Shown: positions 13,089 through 27,066 of the stretch, piece after piece | How the letters are laid out: each line of letters starts with the position of its first letter | Position numbering within the stretch: position 1 is the stretch's first letter | Assembly (NCBI RefSeq): GCF_009914755.1 | Contig: NC_060930.1 | Reading direction: 5' to 3' (one strand) | DNA: 64,000 nt | DNA from: the human T2T-CHM13v2.0 reference genome, Homo sapiens | Notes under the pieces: generated by a model | What the model saw: only the letters and a program-made list of their open reading frames with translations | Databases searched by the model: none | What the model was told of the DNA's origin: nothing | Program-made: the position numbers and the translations under genes

Positions 13089-13309
13089 GTGTTATTAGTA
13101 AAACAATAGGAATACAACAATAAAAATAGTACAAATTAAAAAATAAATAACTAAAATCTTTGCTGACGGCAACAATAAACATTTAAGTAATCTTTTCTTG
13201 AGCAGATAATAATGTTCCCATGGTTCAAATTTGGAAGGTATATATGGTTATACAGTGACAGCATTTTTTTTCATCTTTGCTTCTCATTCATCTGTTACTT
13301 TGTAAGGAA

Positions 13310-13900
13310 ATAGTTTATTGAGCACTTACAATATGCAGGTATTGTTTTCCATGCTGGAAACATGTTCTCCATGCTGGAGATAACAGCAGTCAAAAAAAAT
13401 AGAGGACATTTCTCCTGATGTGGGCCTTTTATTGTTGTGTGTGTGATGATAGAGAAACAGAGAAAGGAAGAGATTGATAAAATGAATTAAAGAAACAGAT
13501 GAATAATATATACATATTAAAGCTATTAGAAGAAAAAGAAAGTAGGCAATAATTGTGGGCAGGTAGGCAGCTACTGTATTTATGTAGGTCAATCAAGGAG
13601 GGCTGTCTGAAAAGTGGGTTCTGCAGAGGCCTGAATGGAGTATGGGAGTGGGCTGTGAGGTTAACTGATGGGAAAGTGTCTCAGACAGAGGAGGCTATAA
13701 ATAAAAAGCTCCTGAAGCAGGAACATGCTGGAGTGTTTGAGGAACATCAAGAGTCTGTGTGGAGCTAAGGAAGGAAGTGGGAGAAACAGACAAGCGGCAG
13801 TCATAGAAGAAACCAGAAGCAATGTCTGGTGTAGCTTTGTGGGCTTCAGATTGTTCCTTACTTTGAGTGTTCTGCTTGAAAATAAATTATGGTGTTGATG
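13310..13900 (-). mobile_element. L2 fragment
   Basis: tagtttattgagcacttacaatatgcagg... is the reverse of the L2 3' end. Confidence 0.7.
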
Positions 13901-13904
13901 CAAA

Positions 13905-14035
13905 GCACTGGGGGGTCTCGTTAAAATGCATATTCTGATTCGGTAGGTTGCAGGTGGGACTTGAGATTCTCTATTTCCAAGCTCCCAGGTGACGTGGTTG
14001 TTGCTGGTCTGTAGACCACACTTCCAGAGCACTGG
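13905..14035 (+). mobile_element. MER5-family hAT-Charlie MITE
   Basis: gttaaaatgcatattctgattcggtagg...caagctcccaggtga...gaccacactt. Confidence 0.8.
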
Positions 14036-14689
14036 TCTAGAAGCAATAATGAGGACATCCACTCTGCTCCAGACCCTGTAGGGGTGTGAGAAAACAAATA
14101 GCAACTTTGTGACACTTGAATACAAAGCAAGGTGGCAGGTTTCAGTCAAAGTAAGAGGTTGGAGGAGCATTTTGAGGAGAGGTTGAAGATACAGGCGATT
14201 TTGCTGATACATGGCTCAGTTCCCAAGATTGCAGTGAAAGTTTTTAGGATGGGTCAGTGTGTGGGATTAGGTCAGATGAGCGGATGTACAGAATTTTATG
14301 AAAAAGGTAAAAAAATAATGCATGTGACCCAACACCTTGAGCTGTTCATACTGACTGAGATAAGTAAGGGTGTGAGGAAGGGTGGTGTACTCCTGACATT
14401 CTCTTAGGGGAAAACATACTGTCGGTTTCAATTTTAGTCCCCTTCATAAGATTACTGTCTTTGTCAGACTGTTGTAGTGAGCTGGGAGTGTCATGTGTCA
14501 GGGATTGGGAGTCTTTCCAGGATCAGGAGGTGGTCTGGGGGTCTCCTTTGCAGTTCCTCTAATAGCAAGGTCCAGGCCTGGGGAGATGCAATGCTATCTG
14601 GAATGGAGAGAGCTCTGCATTCCTCCATGGCCACATGGTTCCCTGTCTCAAAGCAATGTACTAGTCTCCTATGTATTCTTTCAGAGCTA

Positions 14690-16030
14690 TTTTAATGCAG
14701 ACAAAAGACTCAATGCAGATTAGGCCATTTCAGCACCAGAATTAACAAGCTGAATTTAATGGACATAAGCTGCAGAATACACATTTCACTTTTTTCAAGG
14801 GCCCATGGAACATTTATACAAATTGATTCATACTGGACCATGAGGCAAGTCTCAACAAATTCCAAAGGTTTGGCACCATAGGAATTACATTCTCTGACCA
14901 AATTACAATCATTCTAGAATTCAATAGCAAAGAGATAACTAGAAAAAAAGTCAGTATGTTTGAAAATTAAGAAACTGTTCTAGGCTGGGCACAGTGGCTC
15001 ACACCTATAATCCCAGCATTATGGGAGGCCAAAGAAGGAGGATCACTTGAGCCCAGGAGTTTGAGATCAGCTAGGGCAACAAAGAAAGATCCCATTTCTG
15101 AAAAAATAAAATAATTAGCCAGGCATGGTGGTATGCACCTGTGGTCCCACCCAGCTACTTAGGAGATTGAGGCTGGAGGATTGCTTTAACCCAGCAGTTC
15201 AAGGCTACAATGAGCCATGATTGTGCCACTGCACCCCAACCTAGGTAACAGAGCAAGACTTTCTTTAAAAAAATAAAAGAAAGAAACTGTTCTAAGTAGT
15301 TTATGAGTCAAAAACATCATAAATCAGAAAATATTTAGAATTAAAAGAAAATACAATTATTTTATTATAACTTGTTGGAGGCAGGTAAGGCAGTACTCAG
15401 AGAAAAGGTTTTAACTTTAAACACTTGCATTAGATAAGAAGAAAAGACAGGAAAATTAAATTAATCATCTATATTCGAAAGTTAAGAAAAAAAACCCAGA
15501 AAATGTAGAAAGATAAAAATAATAAAGAATATGAATTTAATGAAATAGAATAACAACATGCAATAGAGAGGCCCAGCAAAGTCAAAAGTTGATTATTTGA
15601 AAAGAATACATTTGATAAAACAAAACAAAACAAAACAAAAAAAACAGCAGCAAAACTGAATTGGACAGATTCCTGGAAAAATGCAATTTACAAAAATGGA
15701 CTCAAGAAGAAACAGAAAATATTAATATTCTTACTCTCCTCAAATTTATTGATTCACTTGTTAAAAATCATCATACTCAAAATGTACAGGCACAAAGTGT
15801 TTTACCAAAATATTCCAGCAAATATTCTAGGAATGAATAATTCCAATCTTATACAAACTATTCCAGAGGATAGAAAAAGAGAGGACATTTGACAAATCAT
15901 CATAAGACTTCAGCATAATCTTTATACCAAACCAAGGACAGTTTGAGAAAGGAAAATCTAATTTATGAATTTAGAAAAAAATCTTAAGCAAACATTAGCA
16001 AAATGTATAAATGTATAAATTGTATAATGT
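14690..16030 (+). mobile_element. Old L1M ORF2 fragment interrupted by an AluJ
   Basis: catggaacatttatacaaattga...ttctctgaccaa, ttatacaaactattccagagga: degenerate ORF2 endonuclease/linker sequence. Confidence 0.75.
14983..15280 (+). mobile_element. AluJ
   Basis: Dimeric Alu with J diagnostics (gatcacttgagcccaggag); perfect 14 bp TSD aagaaactgttcta at 14969 and 15281. Confidence 0.95.
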
Positions 16031-16092
16031 ATAAATAGGTCGAGGAGGGCAGGAAGGGAATATGCCTCAGGAGGAAAGAAAAAAGAGATAAG

Positions 16093-16710
<618 letters not shown>

Positions 16711-16859
16711 AGAGCAGAGCTTTCTAGTTTCCAGCTCAATATATCTTGTACATAGGAAAGGTTTAATAGCTATTTGAGCAACAAATTTAAAAGTTAGAGG
16801 TATCATTTTCTTTAGGCACTTTGTAACGTTAGAGCAAGGAGCGTCAAAATTGTAAAGGA

Positions 16860-16977
16860 CACCTGTTATCCCAGCACTTTGGGAGGCAGAGGTGGGCAGA
16901 TCACTTGAGGTCAGGTCACCAGCCTGGTCAACATGGTGAAACCCCATCTCTACTAAAAATACAAAAATTAGCTGGGC
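16860..16977 (+). mobile_element. Alu left-arm fragment, right piece of the split Alu
   Basis: cacctgttatcccagcactttgggagg...tactaaaaatacaaaaattagctgggc, truncated at both ends. Confidence 0.9.
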
Positions 16978-19000
16978 AAAGCAATCAGCAATAGCTAAAA
17001 GATTTACTTGGTGTCAGCATCTATCCAAGAGGAAGCAATGGGATCTCTGACAAACTTGACTTCGAGGAAGCCAACAAGCATTTATCTGGAAAACTCAGTG
17101 ATCCAAATTGAAAACAGTAACTGAAACTAGGAGGGGCTTTCATGGTCCAAAACTGTCCGTGGTAAGACTAAGGAGATTGAATATTCTGAGGTCCCTTCAC
17201 TCTCAAAGTTACCCAGCAAAGGTTCCTCCAAGACAAAGCTATGATCCAAACTGAGAATAAATTGTTAAGAGAATCTAAGATGAGCAGGTCGGGGACACTA
17301 GACACCAAGGAAATATAAGGTCCAGATAAAAGTGGTAAGGTAGAATAGAATCAGAAAATCTTAGAATTTAAGTATTTATATCGTTGGACATTTTATAAAA
17401 ACAACCAGAAGAGGGTGGTCGAGAGACATTAAATGTAAAGAACCCAAAATGATTCCAAGCCAAGCTTCCTTTCTAAAACTTCAGAAAATCTAATTTGGTG
17501 TAAAAATGAGCATCAGAAAAGAATGAGCTAAAATCACATTCAAATTTATTACAGGGCAGGGAGAAAAAAATGAGTAGAATTTCTATAGATAATAAAGATA
17601 TGCCAGAAAGATGTTCTCACAAAAAAAAAAGAAAACTATAATTTATATTTTTTAAACAGCTAACAGAAAGAAGATCTGAAAGATAAACCAGAATAAAGAA
17701 AACTTAGAAATAAAGTGGTAGAAATCAATAAAGAATTAAACATAAAATTAAACATTCATTTCAGAAATTGTCTAACTAGAAGTATAACACAAGAGCAAAT
17801 AGACTCAACTGGTAATGACTCACAATAAATAGAAAACGAAAAGAAGGAAATTTTTAAATATCAAAAAAAAAAAAAATGAAGGTGCCAGGGACTTAGGTGG
17901 GAGAGACGGGAATGGAGAGTCATTGTTTGATGGGTATAAATTTCAGTTTTGCAAGATGCGAAGAGTTCTGGAGATGGATGGTGGTGCTGACTGCACAACA
18001 ATGTGAATGTGCTTAATGCCACTGACTGTGCACTTCAAAATGGTTACGATGGTAAATTTTATGTTATGTGTGTTTTGTCACAATTAAAAAGTGAAAGGAA
18101 TGAAAAAGGAAATGAAGGAAGAGATGAAAAGTGTTAGTAAGAACATGATCAATTCAGAAGACAGGCAGAGAAGATCTGACGTATCTATATAAAAATTAGG
18201 AATCCATGAATGAAAAATCAAAACAAGTTAGAAGAAGCACCTGATTATAATGCACCAAAACTTTGATCAGATGAAAAAATGTGAAGTTACGTATTGAAGG
18301 AGCACATTGTATACCTGGAAAAGTTGACCCAGAACAAATATCTGAGCCATAGACCAAGTGACTTATGAAGGAAAGAAAAAGGAATTGTTATCATGCTTTT
18401 CAATAACAATTTCTCCTACCAGAAGAAAACAGAGTAACACATTTAAAATGTTGAAGGGAAAGAAACAGTAAGCCCAAGATTTTATATTCAACCACACTGT
18501 CTTTTAAGTATAAAGGGAGCAAGCTGTCACCTGGAAGCCAGAACTGAAAAATACTGCTTCTGTGAATCCTTCCTTGGGTATACAGTAGCTTCAGACAACC
18601 AAAATTACTAGAGAAATATTGACATAAAGATGGATGGTGGGCATTGAGCATATATTTACGTGAAGAACAAAGGAAGGACATAAGAATAGAGTGTGGTAAT
18701 GGCTCTATGCTCTGACAATATAGATACAGTATAATTAAAAGAAAACAAGGAGAGAATGAGAATATCATGTAAAAACATTTGAAACAGTTTTTCAGTAATT
18801 ATACTGGTAGTAGTTTTGATAGTGTTATTTTGAGAATGTTTTGTGTGACATGGACAAAACATTCAATCATCCCCATTGTCCTTGCAACCCAGGATTCTTG
18901 CTGAAGACAAAAAGAGATTTGAACATAAGGTAGAAGAGTTTAAGTAACATTGAAATCTGAATTTGAATTATAGTGTGAACATACGAGGTATTTTATCTTT
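16978..19000 (+). mobile_element. Old L1M (L1MC4a-like) 5'/ORF1 region
   Basis: A-rich degenerate L1 ORF1-like sequence, e.g. gaaggagcacattgtatacctggaaaagttgacccag, agcccaagattttatattcaacc. Confidence 0.65.
17881..18090 (+). mobile_element. L1MB-type 3' end
   Basis: ttcagttttgcaagatg..aagagttctggagatggatggtggtg...aatgccactga...ggtaaattttatgttatg. Confidence 0.85.
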
Positions 19001-19211
19001 AAATAAATGAGTGATATTTACATATATAGTTGTATATATTAAATAATCATTGTCATATAATTATAATTGTTTATATATTTTACCATGCATATAATTATAT
19101 AGAATTATCAATAGATATAAAGGACTAAGTTCTGATAGAGAGGTACGTTCTACAGGAAATAATAATAGTTATAATGATAAATACATAATTATTATTAAAG
19201 GAATAGGAAAT

Positions 19212-20213
19212 TGTACCATAATAAAAATATATATATTTGATCTCTATCCCCAGTTCCTGACACAGAGCTCCAAAAATCCTTGTAATTTCCCGAGTAATCA
19301 GGGAGCTAGGTTCATCTTTGTTCTAATATTTTGTCTTTGACCTGGTTCCTGACACAGAACTTGTAACCCTTTGGAATTTTCTGGGTGCTAGGAGAATCTT
19401 TTGTTCTAATATTTGTTCTTTGACCCGGTTCCTAACGCAGAGCTCCCAAGACCTTTGTAATTTCCTGAGTGACAGCAGCACCTGACACAGAGCTCCTGAA
19501 TCCTCTGGAATGTCCTAGATGATAGGAGTTCTAATAAGGTGACTCTTGGTGGCCTCCTGAATGGGAGCTGGTCACCAGAAAGACTAAGCCATGATTAAAA
19601 GTCTGGAACTTTTAGCCTCACCTTTCATCCTCCCAGAAGAGGAGAGAGGCTGAAGACTGAATTAATAATCAATCATGCCTATGTAATGAAGCCTTCATAA
19701 ACTTTCCTGAAGCATGGAGTTTGGGGAGCTTCCAGGTTGCTGACATGGAGGGTGGCATGCCCCAAGAGGCCGTAGAAGCTTCCTGCCTTTTCCTGCATAC
19801 CTTGACCTCTGCATCTCTTCCATCTAGCTGTTTATCTGTATTATTTGTAATATCCTTTATAATGCACCAATAAACACAAAGTGCTTCCCTGAGTTACATG
19901 AGCCTCTCTAGCAAATGCTCAAGCCTGAGCGGGTTGTAGTGGTTACTTCCAATTTATAGCCAGTCAGTCAGAAGTTTCAGAGGCCCACATGTTAATTAGC
20001 ATCTGCAGTGGGGGCAGTCTTTGGACTGAACCCTTAACCTGGGAATTTGACTCTAACTCCAGGTAGACTGTGTCAGAATTGAATTGAATTATAGGATACT
20101 CAGTTGGTGTCCACTGGAGAATCGGTTGTTGTATGGGGAAAAGTCCCCACCAATTTTGGTGACCAGAAGTGTTGAGTGTGGGAGTAAGAAGAAGAGCTTT
20201 TTTATGTCAATTA
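19212..20213 (+). mobile_element. MER21C-like ERVL solo LTR
   Basis: tgtaccataataa start, internal gttcctgacacagagctcc repeats typical of MER21, 5 bp TSD gaaat at 19207 and 20214. Confidence 0.85.
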
Positions 20214-20342
20214 GAAATAATTTTCAATATAGTAATATACACATAATCATTATACATATATAAAAATGTATAGATATAATGACAAGCTAGGATATTCATT
20301 CTATCTTAGTTTATTCTATTCTACAGAATATGTGTTATATTC

Positions 20343-20640
<298 letters not shown>

Positions 20641-20829
20641 TTATATTCTCTCTCTCTCCTAGCTTGGTCCATTATGTCTATGATAATTACCTCCTAGGTC
20701 TGCCCATTGAAATTACCTAGAAATTATAACTGTCTCTCTATATAAGTATATATATTATGATAACTATATATGTGTGTATGTGTATATGTATATGTGTGTG
20801 TGTGTGTGTATATATATATTTCTATATAT

Positions 20830-21920
20830 CTCCTAGCTTAATCTGTTATATGTATTTCTGTCCATTGTAAAGGCCTGGAAACTATATTGAGCCTACTATA
20901 GATGAGCACCCTAGCCCTTGGTTTTTGGTCTTGAATTACTATTTCACATTAAAAGAAACCAGGGAATCTTGGGGAAATGGCTACTTTCAGTGCTGGACAG
21001 AAAATGTACAATAAGCCTGGAGTATCATCATAGCAGATATCAAGGAAGCTATCAAAGACTAATAGGTTTTGTCAAAAGTTGGAACCAACTTAAAGATAAG
21101 GCAGTTTGAACATCGATAAGGCCAATAGCAAAAGCCACAAGATTATAATGAATTATAAAACTCCATGTAACTGTTTTTTTTTTTTTTTAACAAACTCTTT
21201 ATTTTGAAATCTGGCATTTGTTTTGCTTTTTCTAGGTGAAATGTAACATTAGGCAACCAAATAGTAGAAAAGGGGAAGCTTTCCTCTGTAGAAGTATCCC
21301 AATAAATAAATGGACAAGGAATCATAGAATTGGAATGTCACTGGTATGCAACCCTAGTGAGTTAAAGCCCTTGGATAATGAACATCAATGATTGCTGACA
21401 TCACAAAAAGAGAATTAGATATCGTGTACTCGCTAAAGAACAAAACAGCCTTTAAACAAATTTTGTTAAAAATTTTGAACCTGTATCTGATTGTGCCTCT
21501 TGATTTACAAAAAACACAATTTACAAAAGAATACAGAGGACAGAGGAACATATTATACTACACCATGAGAATGCAATAAACTGTTGAAAATTCTATAGGA
21601 TAAATTGTCCAGTTTCTTACACAAATAAAATATAGGGGAAAAAGGACAGAGATGAAAGCATAAATTGAGTGATTTAAAAGACATTACAAAATACAGACCT
21701 GAGCTATAAGATTTAGGGAAGCACACTGGGGTAATAAAGAAAAGTTAAGAAGTGATTATTGTAGAAGCCAATGGTTATCTTGGGAGCAGAGTTGGGGGTT
21801 GTCATTGGGAAGGGTGTGCCTCCCTCTGTGGAGGACTTCTGGGATGCTGACCACATTCTATGTCTTGACATGACGATGGTTAGAAGGATATTCACTTTAT
21901 ACATTTGAAATACCATTTCT
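20830..21920 (+). mobile_element. L1MC-type 3' region
   Basis: aaaagaaaccagggaatcttggggaaatggct..., ending in ggacttctgggatgctgaccacattcta. Confidence 0.65.
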
Positions 21921-22609
21921 GTAATTAACACAAAAATTTTAAAAGACAATTGTCCTTTAGGAATTTGTAATCTAGTATGAGGGAAAACACATTATGTGAG
22001 AATATTTAGAATATCTAATAACACACTATTAGTGTTACATGGTTGGTCTCCAAAATAAGTGAAATAGGAGTTCAGAAGAAATGTCACTTCCAACTGATGT
22101 GGGGAACTTTGATATTCTTTTTCTAAAAGCAAAGGAAAGAACAGTGCATCTCAGCTCCAAACCCACTCTTATTTGCCTTGCTTTGTAATAGTGGAGCTGA
22201 ATGCTGCAGACACTTCTCCTTTGCTCTCTGATTTGATGCTCAACTCTGTCAGTAAAAGATAATAAAAAGAGATTGCAAGGTATTAATGGCAGGAAAAAAG
22301 GACTTTGCCTGTTTCACTGAGTATGCTTTTTTCCCCTTTACCTTGAATACTCTTGTATTTTATTTAGAAATAATACAAAAGAAGAGCTCAGAAAAACAAA
22401 AAACAAACAAAAAAAAACACCGCTCACCCCCGCCAAAATGTTGTCCTGCTGGTTAACCTCTTCCTCCTCAACACTCCCTCTGTGCCTCCACAGGCTCACC
22501 CCTAACACTTCCACGGCCTAAGGCAAAAGTACAAATGGAGCTTACCCACATTTTCATTTTAAATCAATAATTATAATCTCCATTTGGTACAAAATTTGAA
22601 GTTGCAGAA

Positions 22610-22743
22610 TTTTTTTTAATTTTAATTTTAAGTTCTGGGGTACATGTGCAGGATGCGCAGGTTTGTTACATAGGTAAACTTGTGCCATGGTGGTTTGTTG
22701 CACTCATCAACCCATCACCTAGGCATTAAGCCCAGCATGCATT
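22610..22743 (-). mobile_element. L1PA (roughly PA8-PA11) 3' end, 134 bp
   Basis: ttttaagttctggggtacatgtgcagg...gtttgttacataggtaaac...catcacctaggcattaagcccagcatgcatt; no clear TSD. Confidence 0.9.
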
Positions 22744-23047
22744 GTTCCTGGGCAATAGCAAGTGGACTCGTGAGGAAGGGTGCGGGAGATCCCTGTAGTG
22801 CTCACCACAGCACTAGCTCCCACAGTTCAGTGCTGGGTGATTCCCAAGTGGCCTCTCCATCAAGTTTCTACATTCTCACAGCAGTCATATGTGTATCTCT
22901 GTGCAGCCATGCCTTCTCAGAAGTCTGAGTATTTCTAAGTCTTGCAGGGCCCTTTCCTCTAAATTTCCACATCCCTTCTTAATTCACTTTCCCTTGGCCT
23001 TAGGGATAGTAACTGCTTTCTGGAGTTGCTACCTTAGAATACCTTAG

Positions 23048-23376
<329 letters not shown>

Positions 23377-24877
23377 AACAATTCTTTATATTAAATTTTA
23401 CCAGCTCAAATTACTGGTGTTTTCTGTCTGCAGACCGGACCTTATGCTGATGCAACGTTTGTACCTGAGACTACGGAAGACAAACACATATTTACATAGA
23501 TAGTGGTGAGCTGTTGAAGGTTTCTGAGGAAAAAAATGATGCTCTTTCAATTTTTATTTTTAAAATTAGAAATTGACAAATTATAGTTGAATATATTTAA
23601 AACATGATGTTCTTAAAATATTGTATCAGAAAGTTAAATGTGGCTGACTTGTTTAGAAGAGGGAAAGCCAGGAGGGTTCAGACATGCCAGCGAGAGGTAA
23701 TAAGCGTGATTGAGGGTTGGCAGAGGAGACGGAAAGGAGAGGGTGATCTGAGGAATTCTAAGCAGGAATTAACGGGATTTAGGACTGCTCAGAGACAGAA
23801 GCAAAGGAGATGTTGATCATTTCAAGCCATATAATTTCAACATATCAGGAATGTTGATCCTTTTAAGCCAAGGATACTGAAAAGGAGAAGGAACTGGTAC
23901 TGGGAGCAAGGTGGTGATTCAAGTCTTAGATATTTCGAGTTTTAAATGACAATGACGTATCTGGGTAAAAATTTTCTGGGAAGCAGTTAGTATAAAGGTC
24001 TAAAGTTCTAGGAGAGGCCATTGTCCTGGCTATAAGTTATTATTCGTTTACTCTTTGAGACACATTCACTGAATATCTGCTATGTTCTGGGTGTTGGGAT
24101 TTAGAGTTGACTCCAAACATACGTGGTCTCTGCCTTAGGGAGCACGTATTTCAGTTGGGACACTGTAGGCAACACCTCTGGAAGATGCCTTATAAATCAT
24201 TCTAGTATCCTCCTCCAACACCTGACATTGAGGTCCTGAGGGCCTAATTGGATGTCCAAAGCTTTTCAAATTTAGTAACAAAGTGAGAAATTGAATTCAG
24301 CTATTCTGATACACAGCTAATACCTAATACTTTCTTTTTACCAGACCAGGCTGCCTGTCTAGACACAGAAGGCACGTAATGCACTCCTTCCTACTCCCAC
24401 TCATTGAAATATGATCTCAGCTCTTTATTGAAGTGACTGCTGCAAGTTGAAGTGCTTCTCTTTCTGTGAGAATTTTACTTTTAACAAACATCGAAACCTT
24501 ACTCTAAAGGATGAAGTTATGGTGGTGGAAATTCAGACACCGGCCAATCAAGTTTAAGTCTGATAGTAGTGTTCCCTTCCTGATATGCCTGAAGTAGTAC
24601 CATATAGGAGTGATTTGCTTCTTCTAAGGGTCAGCCATCCACTTTTGCCTGGTCATTGAGCATTCTCTTGGGTTCAAACCAAATAAATGCAAATTAGTCA
24701 AATGGAGACATGCCTAAGTCATGGGGATGAATTTGAATTCCAGCTCTCCTTTCACTCATGGAGGGCTAAAATTTTGCTGACAAGTATACGACAGGCACCT
24801 AGTGTGTTTACGGTTATCTGGGCAACTAAGTGTTTTCTTTTTTTTTTTTTTCAGATATTGAAACTCTAATGAAAGGG

Positions 24878-25009
24878 AATAGAAAATGTATTTCTGTTTT
24901 CTATAGAAAATAGAAAATGTATTTCTGTTTTCTATAGAAAATAGAAATGTATTTCTGTTTTCTATAGAAAATAGAAATGTATTTCTCTTTTCTATAGAAA
25001 ATAGAAAAT
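24878..25009. repeat. Palindromic AT-rich minisatellite, ~4.3 copies of a 30-31 bp unit
   Basis: Unit aatagaaa(a)tgtatttctgttttctatagaa, seen directly. Confidence 0.95.
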
Positions 25010-25079
25010 TTGAGGGAGAAAAGATGATTAAGGGAGACAGCCCCAGTACTCTTTTTTTGGTTGTTCAAGAAGAATAGAT

Positions 25080-25290
25080 GTTGAAATCAGATAGCCTGGT
25101 TCAAGTCTTCACCCAACTATCTACGAGCTTTGTGTCCTTGGGAAAGTCACCTAGCTTTCTGTGACTTTCTTTTCTCATTAGTGAAACACACGTATGTAAC
25201 ACTAGCTACATTTAACAGTTGTTAATATATCTGAAGTGCTTAGAACAGTGTCTGACCCCCTAGTAAACACTATATATTGTTAATATGATT
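25080..25290 (+). mobile_element. MIR
   Basis: tgtgtccttgggaaagtcacctagctttctgtg...aagtgcttagaacagtgtctga. Confidence 0.7.
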
Positions 25291-27066
25291 AATACTGCTT
25301 AGTTTATTACATCCCACATACATGACTTATTTAGCTATTCCTGATTTTCTTTTTCTGGGCCCCTAGGCTAGTGGCTGCAGAAGAGACGGTCCTACCCTCA
25401 AGGAATCGCACTTTATTTGGAAAGACAAGATTTAAGGATTTGAGGAGATAGCCAGCAGTAAGCATAAGTAAAAATGCCAACTGCATAACCAAGTCAATCC
25501 TTGCTGTGGGAGGGGGTGGGCTTTATTGCTGGACAAGATTACCCAGGACCAGGTTAATTAGAAAACAGGTGTGTAGGTGTGTGAATGTGGAAGGGGCAGG
25601 GACAGAAAGTAGAGAGAAAGTGGGCAGTGAGGAGGGAGATTTAAGCTAGACATTTCTGCACCAGCAGCATTTTGATAAAGAAAAGAGGAGGTCAGTGGGG
25701 AAGGAAGAGACGAGGTGAACAAGTGAAAGGAAGTGAAAAAAACATGTGTGGCAGACATTGCACAAAAGGATGAGTCTCTGAATCTCTTTTGATAAGAATA
25801 ACTGCACTCCCAGGCCTACATAGCAGGTGGAGTGATGGGACCATGGTACTGAAATAGCAAAACCAGGAGGCAGGGCTGGCTTTGAGAGGACAACACATTT
25901 GACGCCTTCCAAGATTTGGTTTTTGGGAAGATTGGATGAGACACTACATATAAATCATTTAGCACAGTGCCTGGCACAGAGTCAGTGCTCAATATACACT
26001 AGCTACTATTATTTGTGCATTCTAAAAGTTGCATTGCAGTAATTTAAGTGCAATGCTAAGAGATGACAGTCATGAATGAATATGGAAATGTGCATATTAT
26101 ATTTTCTGACTTTTGTTTGTACACTTGGGTCCTTTTTCCTGAAGCAAACAAAAAATATTTTTATAGCGGCAAGATTTAACTTGAATTGTCGCCATTATTT
26201 TAGCTGTGATAAGAAAAACTGGGATAATAAAACAGTAAGACCCTAGGCAAGGACTTCCAAGAGGCCTTAGGGAAGCAAATTAGCCAATATTCTGTCACTT
26301 TTCTCTCTGATTACAAGTCTCCCTTAGAGTTGGGTTTTTTTTTCCACCTAGAATAAAGGAAATGGAAATCTTGACAGCCTTTGGTTCAGAAACAGTTGAT
26401 GGTATTGTTAGAACAAGCACATTCATTATGCGCTATAAAGCTTGTGGAGAGTGCTAATGGCATTTATAGAGCCATGTGGGTGAATCGCCTGAGGGGGCTT
26501 GGTTGTATTAGAATCCTGTGTACACAATGCAATGCAATTTAATTTGTAAAAAAATAGATTTAATAATTTATTGACTTTTGTCTTCTTTCTAGACCCTCTA
26601 TTCTCCTTTCCATTTTACTTAAAAATGCATTTATTTAAATGCTGCATGAGCATTGAAAGCAAACATTGAAACTGAAATTTTATACCACTGACTCCATAAA
26701 ATTACAAAGTATAGTGGAGGAGATGAGGTATAAAGGAGCAGGCAATTAATGCTATTTGTTTTTAAGATTTTTCATTGAGAGCTGGTATCTTTTTTAAAAA
26801 AGTTGTGTGTTTGTCTTTTTTCACTGTCAAAGTGAGCTAAGAATCTAGGCTCAAAGAAGACTAGAGCTGAGAGATGGCTTGGCGATGGACTAGTGCAACC
26901 CCACACTTCATAGATGAGGACATTGAGGGATTATGTAATTTGTTCAAGACCCCAGCAGGGCCCATGATCAGGACCAGAACCTGAATCCTGCTGCCGGCTT
27001 GCCTGTTGCCTCCCTTGTTCCTCATCTCATGCTGATGCCTCTGAATAGTCATCACTGATAACTGGG

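Noticed and set aside
13661-14212. Longest ORF (183 aa) as a gene
   Set aside because: It runs across L2 and MER5 remnants, has no recognisable domain, and has no supporting gene structure.
19235-19530. CRISPR-like array of recurring gttcctgacacagagctcc units
   Set aside because: These are degenerate internal tandem repeats of the MER21 LTR; the intervening sequence is also repeated, and the context is eukaryotic.
22245-22275. LTR41-borne CTCF site
   Set aside because: The position where I recall agagggcgc in the consensus has decayed to aaaagataat.
24878-25009. CRISPR array
   Set aside because: Head-to-tail tandem units with no unique spacers.
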